DNA of 64,000 nt from an uncultured Chroococcidiopsis sp. (GCA_964248365.1 CAXTYC010000007.1:98212-162211), one strand, 5' to 3'; positions 21,686-32,859 are shown, counted from the stretch's first letter. The notes: generated from the sequence alone by a model not told the origin. Numbers and translations are program-made.

Positions 21686-22415
21686 GAGAGGACATTATTT
21701 GTTGTATTGATAGTACGAGAATGATCCTGTGAAGTAGGTAGACACTAATAAATTGACTTACTCGGCTTAGATCCCCCTTCAATTCTCCGCTTTTAAGGGG
21801 TAGTCCTAATGTTCCCTCTCCTTACCAAGGAGGGGTAGGGAGAGGTTAGGGGGGAATACCGCTCATTCCCAGGTTGATGAGGACTTGGAATTTGATTTTT
21901 TTACTTCGACACAGATCTTGCATCTGCGTTTGTTGCCCCACGAAGAGCCTCATTTAAATATGAGTCGAGCTACTTATTACTTTATTAACAGATATTTTTA
22001 TATTACTTTTATATCTTAATAAATCCTGTTTTATTTTATTACTTATAATTCACTGAAATAATGATTGAGGTAATTACTTAAGTACTACTTACGTAAACAC
22101 TTAGATGCCAACTACTTAATTCTACGAATTTTTAAAAACAGTGTAAACACGAATATATATTCTTTTTTTTTTTATTATCTTAAAAAAGTGAACTTCACGG
22201 TTAACACCATAACAGTTCGTACTCACTTATAGCTTTTGCAGTTATTTATGCTGTAGCTGAATTTCACCGTAGCTGCAAAAGCTATTAGTTATAAATAGCT
22301 AGGTAATAGCAATTTATCTAAAACTATTTATGACTAGTTACTAGAGTTTTATCTGTTAATAAATTATCAACTCCACCGTTCGCTTGCTACTAAGCTATCC
22401 AGGGATAGTGCCATT

Positions 22416-25031
22416 ATGAAAAAATCTCGAAGAAATGGGCTTTATCGCCAACTTGTAGTAGCCACTCTGTTAATGGGTGGTGCGTTTAATTTAGCCGCAC
22501 CTGTGTTAGCCGCAGGGACTGCTGCGGGAACGGGCATTAGCAACACAGCAACTGCTACCTACCAAGATCCCAATGACCCTAATAATACACCAATTTACGC
22601 TACCTCAAACACCGTCACGATTACGGTGGCAAAAGTGGCAGGTGTCACCGCGACTTCTAGTGGTATCTCAGAAGCTCCGAGTTCTGTTAATCCTAGTAAT
22701 ACTAACCAAGGCAACGGAACGATTAATACGGGGGATGTCGTCTACTTTGACTACACCATCACCAACGTCGGTAACGACAACACGCAATTCTTTATCCCAG
22801 GAGCACCTTCCCAAGTTCAGGGTGGTACCTTTGACCCCTCTACTGCTGCTGGACAGATTCAAATCGTTAGTGTTACCGATCCTAATGGCAATACTACAGC
22901 TACCGCCATTACCGTCCCAACGGCTGGATCTCTAACTGGAAGTATCACAGGTACAGGAATGCCCGCTAATGGTTCGTTTGCTGCTGGAGCAAGTGTGAAG
23001 GTTCGGGTGCCGATTAAGGTAACGGCAAATACATCTGGGGCACCGATTAAGGTTGTACTAGGTGACACTGGAGCTAACGATAACACTGCTGGCACTCAGA
23101 ACCAGTCCTACGTCGCCAGTACCGTGACCGCTCCGTCAGGAGTTACGGGTTTTGGGAATTATGATATTTACACTCAAAAGGTTACTGGCAGCAACGATCC
23201 AGTTAACGGCGATTCCACGAACCACCGACAAGAAGCCAGCGTCAGTCAACAAATCTTCCTAGCTGCTACACCGAAAGCTTTTGCTACCATCCTCAACACT
23301 CAAACAAACTTCCAAGCAGGCACTGGTGCCACATCACCCGATGGTACTCTCACTTACGGTTTGAGCTTGCGCGTGGAGAACAGCTCTCCTGACACTGGAT
23401 TTATACCTGCCGACTTGCAAGGTACTGCCGTCAAGGTTGATACGGGAACTGGTGTTCAGACTAAATCCAACATGATTTTGGTGTCTGACGTTGTTCCCAC
23501 CAATACGACGCTGGTTACTAATAATGGTGTTGTAGCACCATTAAATTGGACAGCGGTTTACAGCACCGACGATCCGGCAACCACTAATCCCCTGCAAGCA
23601 ACTTGGTCAACAACCGCGCCTACTAATGCGACGACAATTAAACGCATCGGTTTTATTTACGATGCGACTACTACACCAATCGCTAAAGGCATAACCGTCA
23701 ATAGTTTTTCCTTTAAAGTGACAACGAATGTAGCTAGTAATGGTGGAACAGTTGCTAACCTAGCTCAGGTCTTTGGTCAAACCACAAACAATCCAGCCGA
23801 TCCAAACATACCACTGGTTTACGATGAATCGGGCGACCAGAACCCAGACAACTATGACGGTTCTACACCTGCACCTGACAGCAATCTTAAGCCTAGTGAC
23901 TTCAACACTAGCAGCGCTAATAACCCAGCGGAACGAGGCATTGCCACTCCAGCTACCCAAGGAATTGACAATAACAATAACAACACGGGTGTGGGACCAG
24001 GTGGCGAGGATAACGTCTTCTCGCTTCCAGCAACAACCGCCACTATTCTAAACGGACCAAATGGCCAGCCTAGCGCAGTTGGACCGACAGGCAATAACGA
24101 TGACTTCACTAACAAGTCAGTGCAAGTGCCAGCAGCTAACTCCGCTCCAGGCAGCACCATCCCCAATCCAGGTGCAATTACCTTCACTAATACTGTCCAG
24201 AACCCCACTGGTACGGCTGTGAGCAATGTTTTGCTGCGTCCCAATAACATTGTGACTAACAAAACAGATTTGATTGATGGCACTAAAGTCACAATTAGCT
24301 TGGGAGCTAACAGCGGAACTTACAGTTACAGTCAAACCAGCGGTCAGTTTACGCTCTTAAGCGGTACACCTGTGTCGATCGCTTCTTTGCCAGCGAACAC
24401 ATCCTTGAATTACACGGTGTCAGTACAACTGCCTAACAATACACCATTGTCAACGGATATGAATACCACTACTAATAAGCTCTATGGTGGTTACTCAGTC
24501 CCGATTGTAGCTTTTACAGATAACAATGGTAACGGTGCTTACGATCCTGGTACTGATGCAGGTAACATCACCATTGACCGCGTTTACACAGGTTACTTGA
24601 AGTTAACTAAGGAAGCGCGGATTCTTGATGGCAACGGCAATCAAGTTGCACCTGCCCAAGCTAACACATACACCAATGACCCAACAGTGCTTAGTCCCGC
24701 TTCTGTTCCAGGTAACACCATCGAGTACCGAATTCGCTACAAGAACATCTCTGAAGCAGCAAGCGGTACTGGCAACGTGGTCTTGAATGCTAGCAACACT
24801 GTGATTTCCGAAGATGGAACGCTTAGTCCAAACACTTGGTTTGGATTAACTGTAGATCCAGTCTTCCCAAATAACCCCAACGGATCGGCGCTAGCTACTG
24901 CTGGGACGATTACAGTCGGACCGCAAAACGGCGACATCCAGGTCTACAAAAATAACTTGGGTACAGTTACGCCTTCTGGCTCTACAGGAGCAGACAACGG
25001 TAACTTCATATTCCGGCGCCGGATTAAGTAG
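22416..25031 (+). CDS. large secreted T/N/G-rich beta protein with DUF11-like repeats (putative surface fibre subunit)
   Basis: Sec signal ending VLA-A, mature N-terminus AGTAAGTGISNTATATY, TGDVVYFDYTITNVGN and PGNTIEYRIRYKN DUF11-type motifs, DNNGNGAYD Ca-binding-like loop. Confidence 0.8.
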   Translation: MKKSRRNGLYRQLVVATLLMGGAFNLAAPVLAAGTAAGTGISNTATATYQDPNDPNNTPIYATSNTVTITVAKVAGVTATSSGISEAPSSVNPSNTNQGNGTINTGDVVYFDYTITNVGNDNTQFFIPGAPSQVQGGTFDPSTAAGQIQIVSVTDPNGNTTATAITVPTAGSLTGSITGTGMPANGSFAAGASVKVRVPIKVTANTSGAPIKVVLGDTGANDNTAGTQNQSYVASTVTAPSGVTGFGNYDIYTQKVTGSNDPVNGDSTNHRQEASVSQQIFLAATPKAFATILNTQTNFQAGTGATSPDGTLTYGLSLRVENSSPDTGFIPADLQGTAVKVDTGTGVQTKSNMILVSDVVPTNTTLVTNNGVVAPLNWTAVYSTDDPATTNPLQATWSTTAPTNATTIKRIGFIYDATTTPIAKGITVNSFSFKVTTNVASNGGTVANLAQVFGQTTNNPADPNIPLVYDESGDQNPDNYDGSTPAPDSNLKPSDFNTSSANNPAERGIATPATQGIDNNNNNTGVGPGGEDNVFSLPATTATILNGPNGQPSAVGPTGNNDDFTNKSVQVPAANSAPGSTIPNPGAITFTNTVQNPTGTAVSNVLLRPNNIVTNKTDLIDGTKVTISLGANSGTYSYSQTSGQFTLLSGTPVSIASLPANTSLNYTVSVQLPNNTPLSTDMNTTTNKLYGGYSVPIVAFTDNNGNGAYDPGTDAGNITIDRVYTGYLKLTKEARILDGNGNQVAPAQANTYTNDPTVLSPASVPGNTIEYRIRYKNISEAASGTGNVVLNASNTVISEDGTLSPNTWFGLTVDPVFPNNPNGSALATAGTITVGPQNGDIQVYKNNLGTVTPSGSTGADNGNFIFRRRIK

Positions 25032-25214
25032 GTAACAAGGTAAGGCAATTGGCTATGGGTATTTAAACACTATACATCTACCATCCCCTAGCCTTTTTCC
25101 TTTGCCAACAATCTTTCGTTATCAGGTGTTTTACCTGGTGACGAGAGATATATAAACAGGCTAAAACAGAACCGCAAAAGTTGAAATACCTGGAACGTCA
25201 AGAGGTTTTTGAAG

Positions 25215-25784
25215 ATGAAATGTTTTTCTATTGTTGGTGTTAGCGCGATCGCGCTTTTGAGTGCAAGCGCATTTATTGGTGCATCACCATCGGTCGCAAA
25301 TGTTTGGCATACACCAACTGCGGAAGCGAGAAATGTCCAGCCTAAAGCCAAAATAGACTTGAGCTTAACAGCACAAAAGCAAATTGTACAAAAAGACGCT
25401 CAAGGCAAGCAAAAGATTACTTGGCAACCCTTGCAAGGAAGAGTCGCGGTTATGCCAGGAGATGTGATTCGCTACATGATAACTGGTGCAAATAACAGCG
25501 ATCGCTCAGTAAACAATTTAGTTGTCACCCAACCAATTCCACAGCGGACAGCGTATGTTTTAAATTCTGTCACTGTTAATCACCCTGGAGCAATCGTTAC
25601 CTACAGCATCAATAACGGCAAGACTTTTGTAGAAAAACCGATAATTCGAGTCAAGCTAGCTAACGGCAAAGTGGAAACTCAACCAGCACCAGCACAAATG
25701 TATACTCATGTTCGCTGGAAATTTGCACAACCAATTAACCCCAAAACTGCTGTAAATGCAGCTTACCTGGTAAGGGTGAAATAG
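25215..25784 (+). CDS. small secreted DUF11-like protein
   Basis: Signal peptide, PGDVIRYMITGAN, LVVTQPIPQRTAY, YSINNGKTF, YTHVRW. Confidence 0.82.
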   Translation: MKCFSIVGVSAIALLSASAFIGASPSVANVWHTPTAEARNVQPKAKIDLSLTAQKQIVQKDAQGKQKITWQPLQGRVAVMPGDVIRYMITGANNSDRSVNNLVVTQPIPQRTAYVLNSVTVNHPGAIVTYSINNGKTFVEKPIIRVKLANGKVETQPAPAQMYTHVRWKFAQPINPKTAVNAAYLVRVK

Positions 25785-26055
25785 CAAGCTTATGTTGGGC
25801 GATCGCGGCTGCATATTTATTGACGGCGATCGCCTTAAACTTTACTCCTTAACTGTCAGCATTAGCAACTAGCTTTTCATATTGATCGCTTAGCAATCAG
25901 GAAAATTTCCTACTCTCGATTGCCAGGGAATTTTTATGTCTTAATGCCGGATTTATCTATTCCAAGCAATTTATTATTTTTGCCTGCAAAAGCATTATCA
26001 ATCAACTTTTTCTCTTCCTACAACCCGTAGGTTAAAAAAGCCAAGTGAACCTCAA

Positions 26056-27579
26056 ATGCGTCGTCCTAATAGCTCAAAAACTCAACGGTTCCCACTCCTG
26101 AGTGCAGCAATTTTAGTCAGTAGTGTCTGGCAAAGCTTAATACCTGTTCCAGCCGAAAGTGCCAGTTCAAATCCAATTATTAACCAAGCAACTTATTCAT
26201 ACAACACATCCGATTCAGACTCCCCTTCTGCAAACTTAATTCAAGGAATTACTAGTAAAGTTGAATTTCAGGTTCAGGGTTTAGTAGATCCTCTGGGAAA
26301 AGTTACAGGCTGTGCTGGTGAGACTTTACCCGACTATACCGGATTCAGTGTTGGTTTGTACGAACCCGATCCGAAAGATCCAACCGGAACGAATATTGCA
26401 AAACCTCTAGCTCTCACTCAGACAGAATTCCCAGATATTCCAGGCAATAGCATTCCTAGAGGATTGCAGCCCAATACAGAAAATAGTAACCCTTTTTTCC
26501 TCACCAACGGTCAGGAGGGCAATTATAACTTCCTGCTCGATCCGAAACGGGGTCAGTTAGATCGGGGTAGAACTTATATTTTACTAATCCATTCACCTGA
26601 GAAATCCATCTACGCCGAGCGACGGGTTAAGATTGCCATCGGCGATCGCAGCGGTGATGTTATTAGTTATACTGCTACTTCCATTGATGGCAGACCAATT
26701 AGTGCTACCGATAGCCGCACATCTGTAACTGGAAGCATCAATATTCAGGATGCGGAACGGGTAGGACTAGTTTTAGCAGTTTTGGACTTGAACACAACTA
26801 TTTGTCAAGCCCAAGAAGTGCAAATCACCAAATCAGGCGATCGCGCCACTGCTTCCCCAGGAGACACAGTAATTTACCGCCTCTCAGTCAAAAATCTTAG
26901 CAGTGCTGCCCTGAATAATGTTGTACTAAATGATACACTGCCTCTGGGCTTCAACTTAGTACCTAAGTCCGTCCGAGGTCAGATTGGGAATAATCCGGTC
27001 ACAATTAATACCAGTCGTAGTGGTAGGACAATTTCTTTACGAGCAGAAGGAGTTTCCTTACCTAGTAACTCTAATAACGAGCAGGTATTAAATATTGCCT
27101 ATGCAGCAGTATTAACCGCAGATGCAGTCCGAGGTACGGGGGAGAATTCGGCGATTGTCAATGGGCAACGCGCCGACAACAACCAACAAGTGAAAGATGG
27201 TCCCGCTGTTTACAAACTGCGAATAGATCGAGGAATTTTATCAGACTGCGGCACCATCATTGGGCGCGTGTTTATAGATAAAAACTTCGATGGCGAACAG
27301 CAACCAGGTGAACCTGGAGTTCCCAATGCAGTGATTTTAATGGATGACGGGAACCGCATCACCACTGATGCAAATGGGTTATTTTCTCTCGCCAACGTAC
27401 TTTCTGGTTATCGAACTGGCGTTTTAGATCTTAGCAGCGTCCCCGGTTATACCTTGGCTCCCAATCGCCGTTTCATCGAACGTAATAGCCAATCTCGCCT
27501 AGTGCATTTAGAACCAGGTGGTTTAGTGCGAATGAACTTCGCTATTACTCCTACCTTCAGGGGAGGCAAAGCCAAATGA
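26056..27579 (+). CDS. secreted DUF11 + SdrD-B/Cna-B-like domain protein
   Basis: ITKSGDRATASPGDTVIYRLSVKN, DTLPLGF; GRVFIDKNFDGEQQPGEPGV, ITTDANGLFS. Confidence 0.85.
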   Translation: MRRPNSSKTQRFPLLSAAILVSSVWQSLIPVPAESASSNPIINQATYSYNTSDSDSPSANLIQGITSKVEFQVQGLVDPLGKVTGCAGETLPDYTGFSVGLYEPDPKDPTGTNIAKPLALTQTEFPDIPGNSIPRGLQPNTENSNPFFLTNGQEGNYNFLLDPKRGQLDRGRTYILLIHSPEKSIYAERRVKIAIGDRSGDVISYTATSIDGRPISATDSRTSVTGSINIQDAERVGLVLAVLDLNTTICQAQEVQITKSGDRATASPGDTVIYRLSVKNLSSAALNNVVLNDTLPLGFNLVPKSVRGQIGNNPVTINTSRSGRTISLRAEGVSLPSNSNNEQVLNIAYAAVLTADAVRGTGENSAIVNGQRADNNQQVKDGPAVYKLRIDRGILSDCGTIIGRVFIDKNFDGEQQPGEPGVPNAVILMDDGNRITTDANGLFSLANVLSGYRTGVLDLSSVPGYTLAPNRRFIERNSQSRLVHLEPGGLVRMNFAITPTFRGGKAK

Positions 27580-30500
27580 AAAGTAAAAGTTTTTTAACAA
27601 CCTTCCTGGTAATAGCGACAGTTGAAACTCTCACTTTATTTGTGCGGGCTGGGGTTGCTAGAACAGAAACGCTGCCATCTAAACAGGAATTCGGCAACTA
27701 CCTAGCTTCATTACCAATCGAATTAAGTCAAAAGCAGCCGTCGCAAAATGAGCAGCGTTTGCGTACTTTTATTGTAGCATCCCTAGATCCATCCCTGGAA
27801 CAACACCCAGCGGCAACTAAACCGGACTTCGGCAACTACTTAGCTTCATTACCAATTGAATTAAGCCAAGAGCAGCCGTCGGAAAATGAACAGCGTTTGC
27901 GTAGCTTTCTAGTAGCATCCCTAGATCCATCCCTGGAACAACACCCAGCTACAACCGAACATAATTTTAGTGGCTACCTAGCTTCATTACCTGCCTCACT
28001 GAGTTCAGCCCAGTCGTCAGAAGCACAACAAAACCACGAATATCTAGTAGCGTTACTCACCCAACCGGGGCAAGAGCAATCATCAACTAACCAGGAGCAA
28101 AACAATCTGGTAGCGTTTATTACTCAGCCTCAAGCAGAGCAAACATCGACAACTGAAGCAATCAGTGGCTACCTGGCATCATTGCCACCCGAACAAGTTC
28201 CAGCATCACCAAAGACAAATGAGCAATTCAGTGGTTACCTGGCATCATTACCAGCACAATTGAGTTCAGCACAGCCATCAACAAACGAACAGAACTTCCG
28301 AGATTACCTGGTGGCGATGCTTTCCGTACCCCAAGCGCGATCGTCAACAGTTGAACAAAACTATATTTACGATCTACCACCTGTGGAGAAAATCAATCTC
28401 TCAGCAGCTCAACAGAACTATGCTAACTACCTGGTGGCACTGCGGCAAGAAGAACAATCTCAGTCGCCCTCGTCGCCAGAAAAGCCCAGGGCAAATAATG
28501 CTCCAGTATCAACACAGTTAAAAATTCTTTCACCTCAATCTAGCGCAGTACTGGATGTTCCAGCTGTCACAGTTACCGTCCAGTATCCTTTGGGTAGTCA
28601 AATAAACTTACTAGATAATGACGTATTAGTTGATGCAAATTTAGTAGGAGGTACTGAAACAAACCACACTACGAAAATAGTTACGCAGACATGGTACGGT
28701 GTCTCACTTCATCAAGGCGAAAATACAATTACAGCCCAAATTAAGGCTAATGGTAGCGTCAAGGAAGTTACTTCGATCAAGGTATTTGTACGCGGTACTG
28801 CTAAGCAATTAACTCTAAAAACTGTAGAGGCACGGATTCCCGCTGATGGACGCTCAACTGCAACTATTCAAGGTGAGTTGCTCGATGAGAAAGGGAATCG
28901 TTCTAACCAAGATGCGGTTGTTACTTTGGTAGCCAGTGCAGGGGAGTTTGTCGGAGCAGATGCTAAACCGGATGAAGATGGGTTTCAGGTAGAGGCGCAC
29001 CAAGGACGATTTACAGCCTCTTTGCGCTCGGATCTGAATGCTCAAACTGTGAGAATTCGGGCTAAATCTAACGATTTAGAAGCATTTACCTCGTTGCAAT
29101 TTGAAACGAATCTGCGATCGCCCATTGTCACGGGCGTGGTCGATTTCCGTCTCGGTGGTGGAGGTACAAATTTTTACAAAAGTTTTCGAGAATTTTTGCC
29201 AGCAGATAATGACAACGGCACTCAATTAGACTTTCACACGGCTGTTTTTGCTACAGGTAAGATTGGGCAGTGGTTATTTACTGGGGCTTATAACAGCGAT
29301 CGCAACTTGAATCAAAATTGCGATGGTACTAGTGGTATTCGATATCAAGATCGACAGCAATTTTGCGATCGCAACTATCCAGTATACGGCGATAGTTCCA
29401 AAACTGAAAACCTCGCCCCTTCCCAAGATAGCTTGTATCTGCGCTTTGAGCGATCGGCTAAGATTCCTGGGGCTGAGTCAGACTATGCAATGTGGGGAGA
29501 CTACGACACTAAAGAGTTTTCCCGTTCTTCTCAAGAGTTTACTGCTACTAACCGTCTATTGCACGGCTTTAAAGCTAATTACAACGCTGGCGACGTGCAA
29601 GTTACTGGTTTTTATGGCGATAATGTCCAAGGCTTTCAAAGAGATACTATCGCCCCTGATGGCACTAGTGGTTATTACTTCCTCTCCCAGCGGCTGTTAA
29701 TTCAAGGTAGCGAAAATGTCTCGATTGAAGAAGAGGAACTCCTTCGTCCCGGTACAGTGTTGCAGCGTCAACAACTAATTCGGGGTACAGATTACGATAT
29801 TGACTATGATCGCGGCACTTTATTATTTCGTCAGCCAATTTTGCGGACTGATGTAGATACAAACGGTCAAGTCTTAGTGCGGCGAATTGTTATTACTTAT
29901 CAATATGAGAGCAAGGAAAAAGACAATACCATCTACGGCGGTAGGGTTCAGTACAACATCTCACGGGAACTTAATCATGAGAGTTGGATAGGAGCATCCT
30001 ACGTTAAAGAAAACCAAGGGGTGCGTGACTTTGAACTGTATGGTACTGACGCGCAATTCTCTATTGGTAAAAATGCTCACATCATTGCCGAATACGCTCA
30101 TTCCAAGAATAACTCTGAGTTGATGGGGCGAGTTGGTGGTTCTGCTTACCGAGTAGAAGCACAAGGAGAAATTGTTAAGGGAGTTGAAGGTCGGGCTTAC
30201 TATCGTTCTACAGATACAGGTTTTGCTAATAACGCTACTATTAGTTTTGTGCCTGGACAAAGCCGCTACGGTGCAGAGGTTACAGGTAAAGTTGCTGCTA
30301 ATACGAACCTGCGGTTTCAGTATGACCATGAGGATAATAACGGTATTGCCCCTCAACCACTAGATAATTTTACCGACTTATTTACACCCCGTACCCAGGC
30401 AGTTCCAGGTAGCAGAGTTGATAATTCCCTCACCACAATTACAGCAGGCGTACAACAACGTATCGGTAAATCTGACCTGACTGTGGACTGGATTCATCGC

Positions 30501-31928
30501 AACCGCCAAGACCGCATTCAACCGAACGCTCTGGGTGGAAACTCAGATCAGTTGCGATCGCGCCTCAATCTTCCCCTAACTGATAATCTGACTTTCTTAG
30601 CACAAAATGAACTAAGCATTTCTAATCAAAAAGATGCTGTTTACCCAGACCGCACTATCTTAGGGCTAGATTGGAAGGTTGCTGAGGATCTGAGTATCCG
30701 TCTAGCTCAACAGTTTTACACAAGCGGTCAGTTTGACGGTAACTCGATTACCAGTCTAGATTTCGTTGGCGAACACAAATTCGGTCAAGACACTACCTTA
30801 ACTGGACGTTATGGGATTTTGGGTGGTGCAAATGGGATGTCTACCCAAGGCGCGATCGGGTTGAAACAGGGTTGGACGATTACCCCTGGCTTAAAGCTCG
30901 ACCTTGCCTACGAACACATATTTGGCGATTTCTTTGGTCGTACGGCGGCTGGTGTTCAGTATGCTCAACCCTTTGCTACGGGACAAAGTGCTTCTTCTTT
31001 GGGATTTGGATCGGGTGATAGCTATAGCGTAGGGCTAGAATACACAGACAATCCCGATTTCAAAACTAGCGCTCGCTTCGAGCATCGCAGTTCTTCCGGT
31101 GGTTCCAATACAGTCATTTCGGCTGGTGCTATAGGTAAAATTTCTCCGGCTCTCACAGCCTTATTCAACTATCAACAAGCTAATTCTTCTAATCAAAGAT
31201 TGATAGGACTGGGGGACACAGTCAACCTGAAGTTAGGTTTGGCATACCGTAACCCTAAAAATGATAAATTTAATGCCTTATTACGGTACGAATATCGCAA
31301 AAATCCTTCAACAATTCCTGACACCATTTTATTAGGAAGTGGTACAGGTTCACAGGATCATACTTTTGCTTTAGAAACCATCTACGCCCCAAATTGGCGA
31401 TGGGAGTTTTATGGTAAGTATGCATTGCGCCATAGCATCTCTTATCTAGCTAGTGATTTAGTTGGCGCAAGTACGGTAAATTTGGCACAGCTACGGACAA
31501 CCTACCGCCTAGGATACAACATAGATGTGGTAGGTGAAGCTCGCTGGATCAATCAACCCTCAGAGAATCACAGCGAGACAGGCTTTGTGATCGAAGCTGG
31601 CTACTATCTCACCCCTAACCTCCGCTTGTCGGCTGGGTATACCATCGGCAATGTTAATGACCGAGATTTTAGCGGCTCTCGTTCCGCTAGTGGTCCTTAT
31701 TTGGGTTTAACCGTCAAGCTGAACGAACTGTTTGATGGTTTTGGGTTGCAAAAGCCACTTCCTCCCCAGCAACAGGAATCCTTAGTCAAACCTATGGCAA
31801 AAGACTCATCCACATCTTCAAAGTTAGCTGCTGCACTAAAGAAGAAACCAAAAACCGAAACCGAACAAGGGCAAATATCAAGTGAATCCTCTAATCTCTT
31901 AAAGCGTCTGCAAGAAGAGAAGCAATGA
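27576..31928 (+). CDS. 1450-aa putative outer-membrane beta-barrel protein with N-terminal repeats and Ig-like domains
   Basis: ATGA overlap with upstream gene; invasin/Big-like IPADGRSTAT segment; YPVYGDSS and DYDIDYDRGTLLF motifs; long run of amphipathic beta-strands to about LGLTVKL. Confidence 0.75.
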   Translation: MKSKSFLTTFLVIATVETLTLFVRAGVARTETLPSKQEFGNYLASLPIELSQKQPSQNEQRLRTFIVASLDPSLEQHPAATKPDFGNYLASLPIELSQEQPSENEQRLRSFLVASLDPSLEQHPATTEHNFSGYLASLPASLSSAQSSEAQQNHEYLVALLTQPGQEQSSTNQEQNNLVAFITQPQAEQTSTTEAISGYLASLPPEQVPASPKTNEQFSGYLASLPAQLSSAQPSTNEQNFRDYLVAMLSVPQARSSTVEQNYIYDLPPVEKINLSAAQQNYANYLVALRQEEQSQSPSSPEKPRANNAPVSTQLKILSPQSSAVLDVPAVTVTVQYPLGSQINLLDNDVLVDANLVGGTETNHTTKIVTQTWYGVSLHQGENTITAQIKANGSVKEVTSIKVFVRGTAKQLTLKTVEARIPADGRSTATIQGELLDEKGNRSNQDAVVTLVASAGEFVGADAKPDEDGFQVEAHQGRFTASLRSDLNAQTVRIRAKSNDLEAFTSLQFETNLRSPIVTGVVDFRLGGGGTNFYKSFREFLPADNDNGTQLDFHTAVFATGKIGQWLFTGAYNSDRNLNQNCDGTSGIRYQDRQQFCDRNYPVYGDSSKTENLAPSQDSLYLRFERSAKIPGAESDYAMWGDYDTKEFSRSSQEFTATNRLLHGFKANYNAGDVQVTGFYGDNVQGFQRDTIAPDGTSGYYFLSQRLLIQGSENVSIEEEELLRPGTVLQRQQLIRGTDYDIDYDRGTLLFRQPILRTDVDTNGQVLVRRIVITYQYESKEKDNTIYGGRVQYNISRELNHESWIGASYVKENQGVRDFELYGTDAQFSIGKNAHIIAEYAHSKNNSELMGRVGGSAYRVEAQGEIVKGVEGRAYYRSTDTGFANNATISFVPGQSRYGAEVTGKVAANTNLRFQYDHEDNNGIAPQPLDNFTDLFTPRTQAVPGSRVDNSLTTITAGVQQRIGKSDLTVDWIHRNRQDRIQPNALGGNSDQLRSRLNLPLTDNLTFLAQNELSISNQKDAVYPDRTILGLDWKVAEDLSIRLAQQFYTSGQFDGNSITSLDFVGEHKFGQDTTLTGRYGILGGANGMSTQGAIGLKQGWTITPGLKLDLAYEHIFGDFFGRTAAGVQYAQPFATGQSASSLGFGSGDSYSVGLEYTDNPDFKTSARFEHRSSSGGSNTVISAGAIGKISPALTALFNYQQANSSNQRLIGLGDTVNLKLGLAYRNPKNDKFNALLRYEYRKNPSTIPDTILLGSGTGSQDHTFALETIYAPNWRWEFYGKYALRHSISYLASDLVGASTVNLAQLRTTYRLGYNIDVVGEARWINQPSENHSETGFVIEAGYYLTPNLRLSAGYTIGNVNDRDFSGSRSASGPYLGLTVKLNELFDGFGLQKPLPPQQQESLVKPMAKDSSTSSKLAAALKKKPKTETEQGQISSESSNLLKRLQEEKQ
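27690..27965 (+). repeat. intragenic 138-bp tandem duplication (46 aa)
   Basis: TTCGGCAACTAC(C/T)TAGCTTCATTACCAAT at 27690 and 27828; near-identical units. Confidence 0.9.
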
Positions 31929-32140
31929 TCAAACAAGAATAAATTGTCTTATCCAGTTTAGTTTTTTGTTTTCCTTGTAGCAGTTTCATTTCCTGATGCA
32001 TACTTAACTTTGCGCGAAGCAATTGAAATTGTCAACGGTAATTTACCGCCAGGTAAACTCAGTTAGGTAGAAAAAGAACTAGTAAAATCACTAGCTGCTA
32101 ATGAGCGATCGCGCCTTACGTTTAATTCACCCGCAGGGGT
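31925..32140 (+). pseudogene. remnant of fifth operon gene (TLREAI/CSLREA-like N-terminal motif)
   Basis: ATG overlaps the previous stop; manual translation PDAYLTLREAIEIVNGNLPPGKLS*VEKELVKSL..RSRLTFNSP with stops and frameshift, then similarity is lost. Confidence 0.65.
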
Positions 32141-32859
32141 TCATCCCAACTTCTAATCCCCCCTCGCTTGAGAAAGAGCGAGTTCCCCCAATCACTATCG
32201 CGCCCTACCTCAAGACTCGTTCCAATTGCTACGAGGTTTAATTATTTGCGATCGCATTTAACCCAGGTGGCAACAGAAGTAGACAAAATCTGCTTTGATG
32301 GCAAGCTTGTCACTTTTAGTAAAAATCGATACTCCGTACTAAGCGGATTCCAGCCCAAGCAAAACCAGAGGGCGTGGAGGGTATCACATTAGGTATGGTG
32401 GTATCGCTCACCATCACATATCTGATACATACATTGCATTATTTACCTACTTCATCACCTGTGGTGTGTGGGAAGTGGTGTATATTTTGGACGGGTTGCT
32501 GAAGAACACTGCACAACTTCAACTCAAAAACAAAAGTGGCGACACGTAAATCTTTGGGGTGTTAATAATAGGAGTGCAGTTAAAGGCAAAAAATTGCATT
32601 TCAATCCTCTTTTAAAATCAGAAAATGTTGTTTGCGTTGATTTTTAATTAAAACAAGTTCATCAGCTTACGCTTGCGCGATCGCTACTGTCAATCAAGAT
32701 GTGACGCTTGGTATTGCCAAAAGTATATTTAGCTGACGAACCTAACTCTAGTATCGATTTAAGTGTACGTTATTACTAAAGTCAGTACTATACTATTTTT
32801 AATAGAACACAATCCAATAGAATCAGTAAAATAAAGTTATATTGTCTGAGTACATAACT

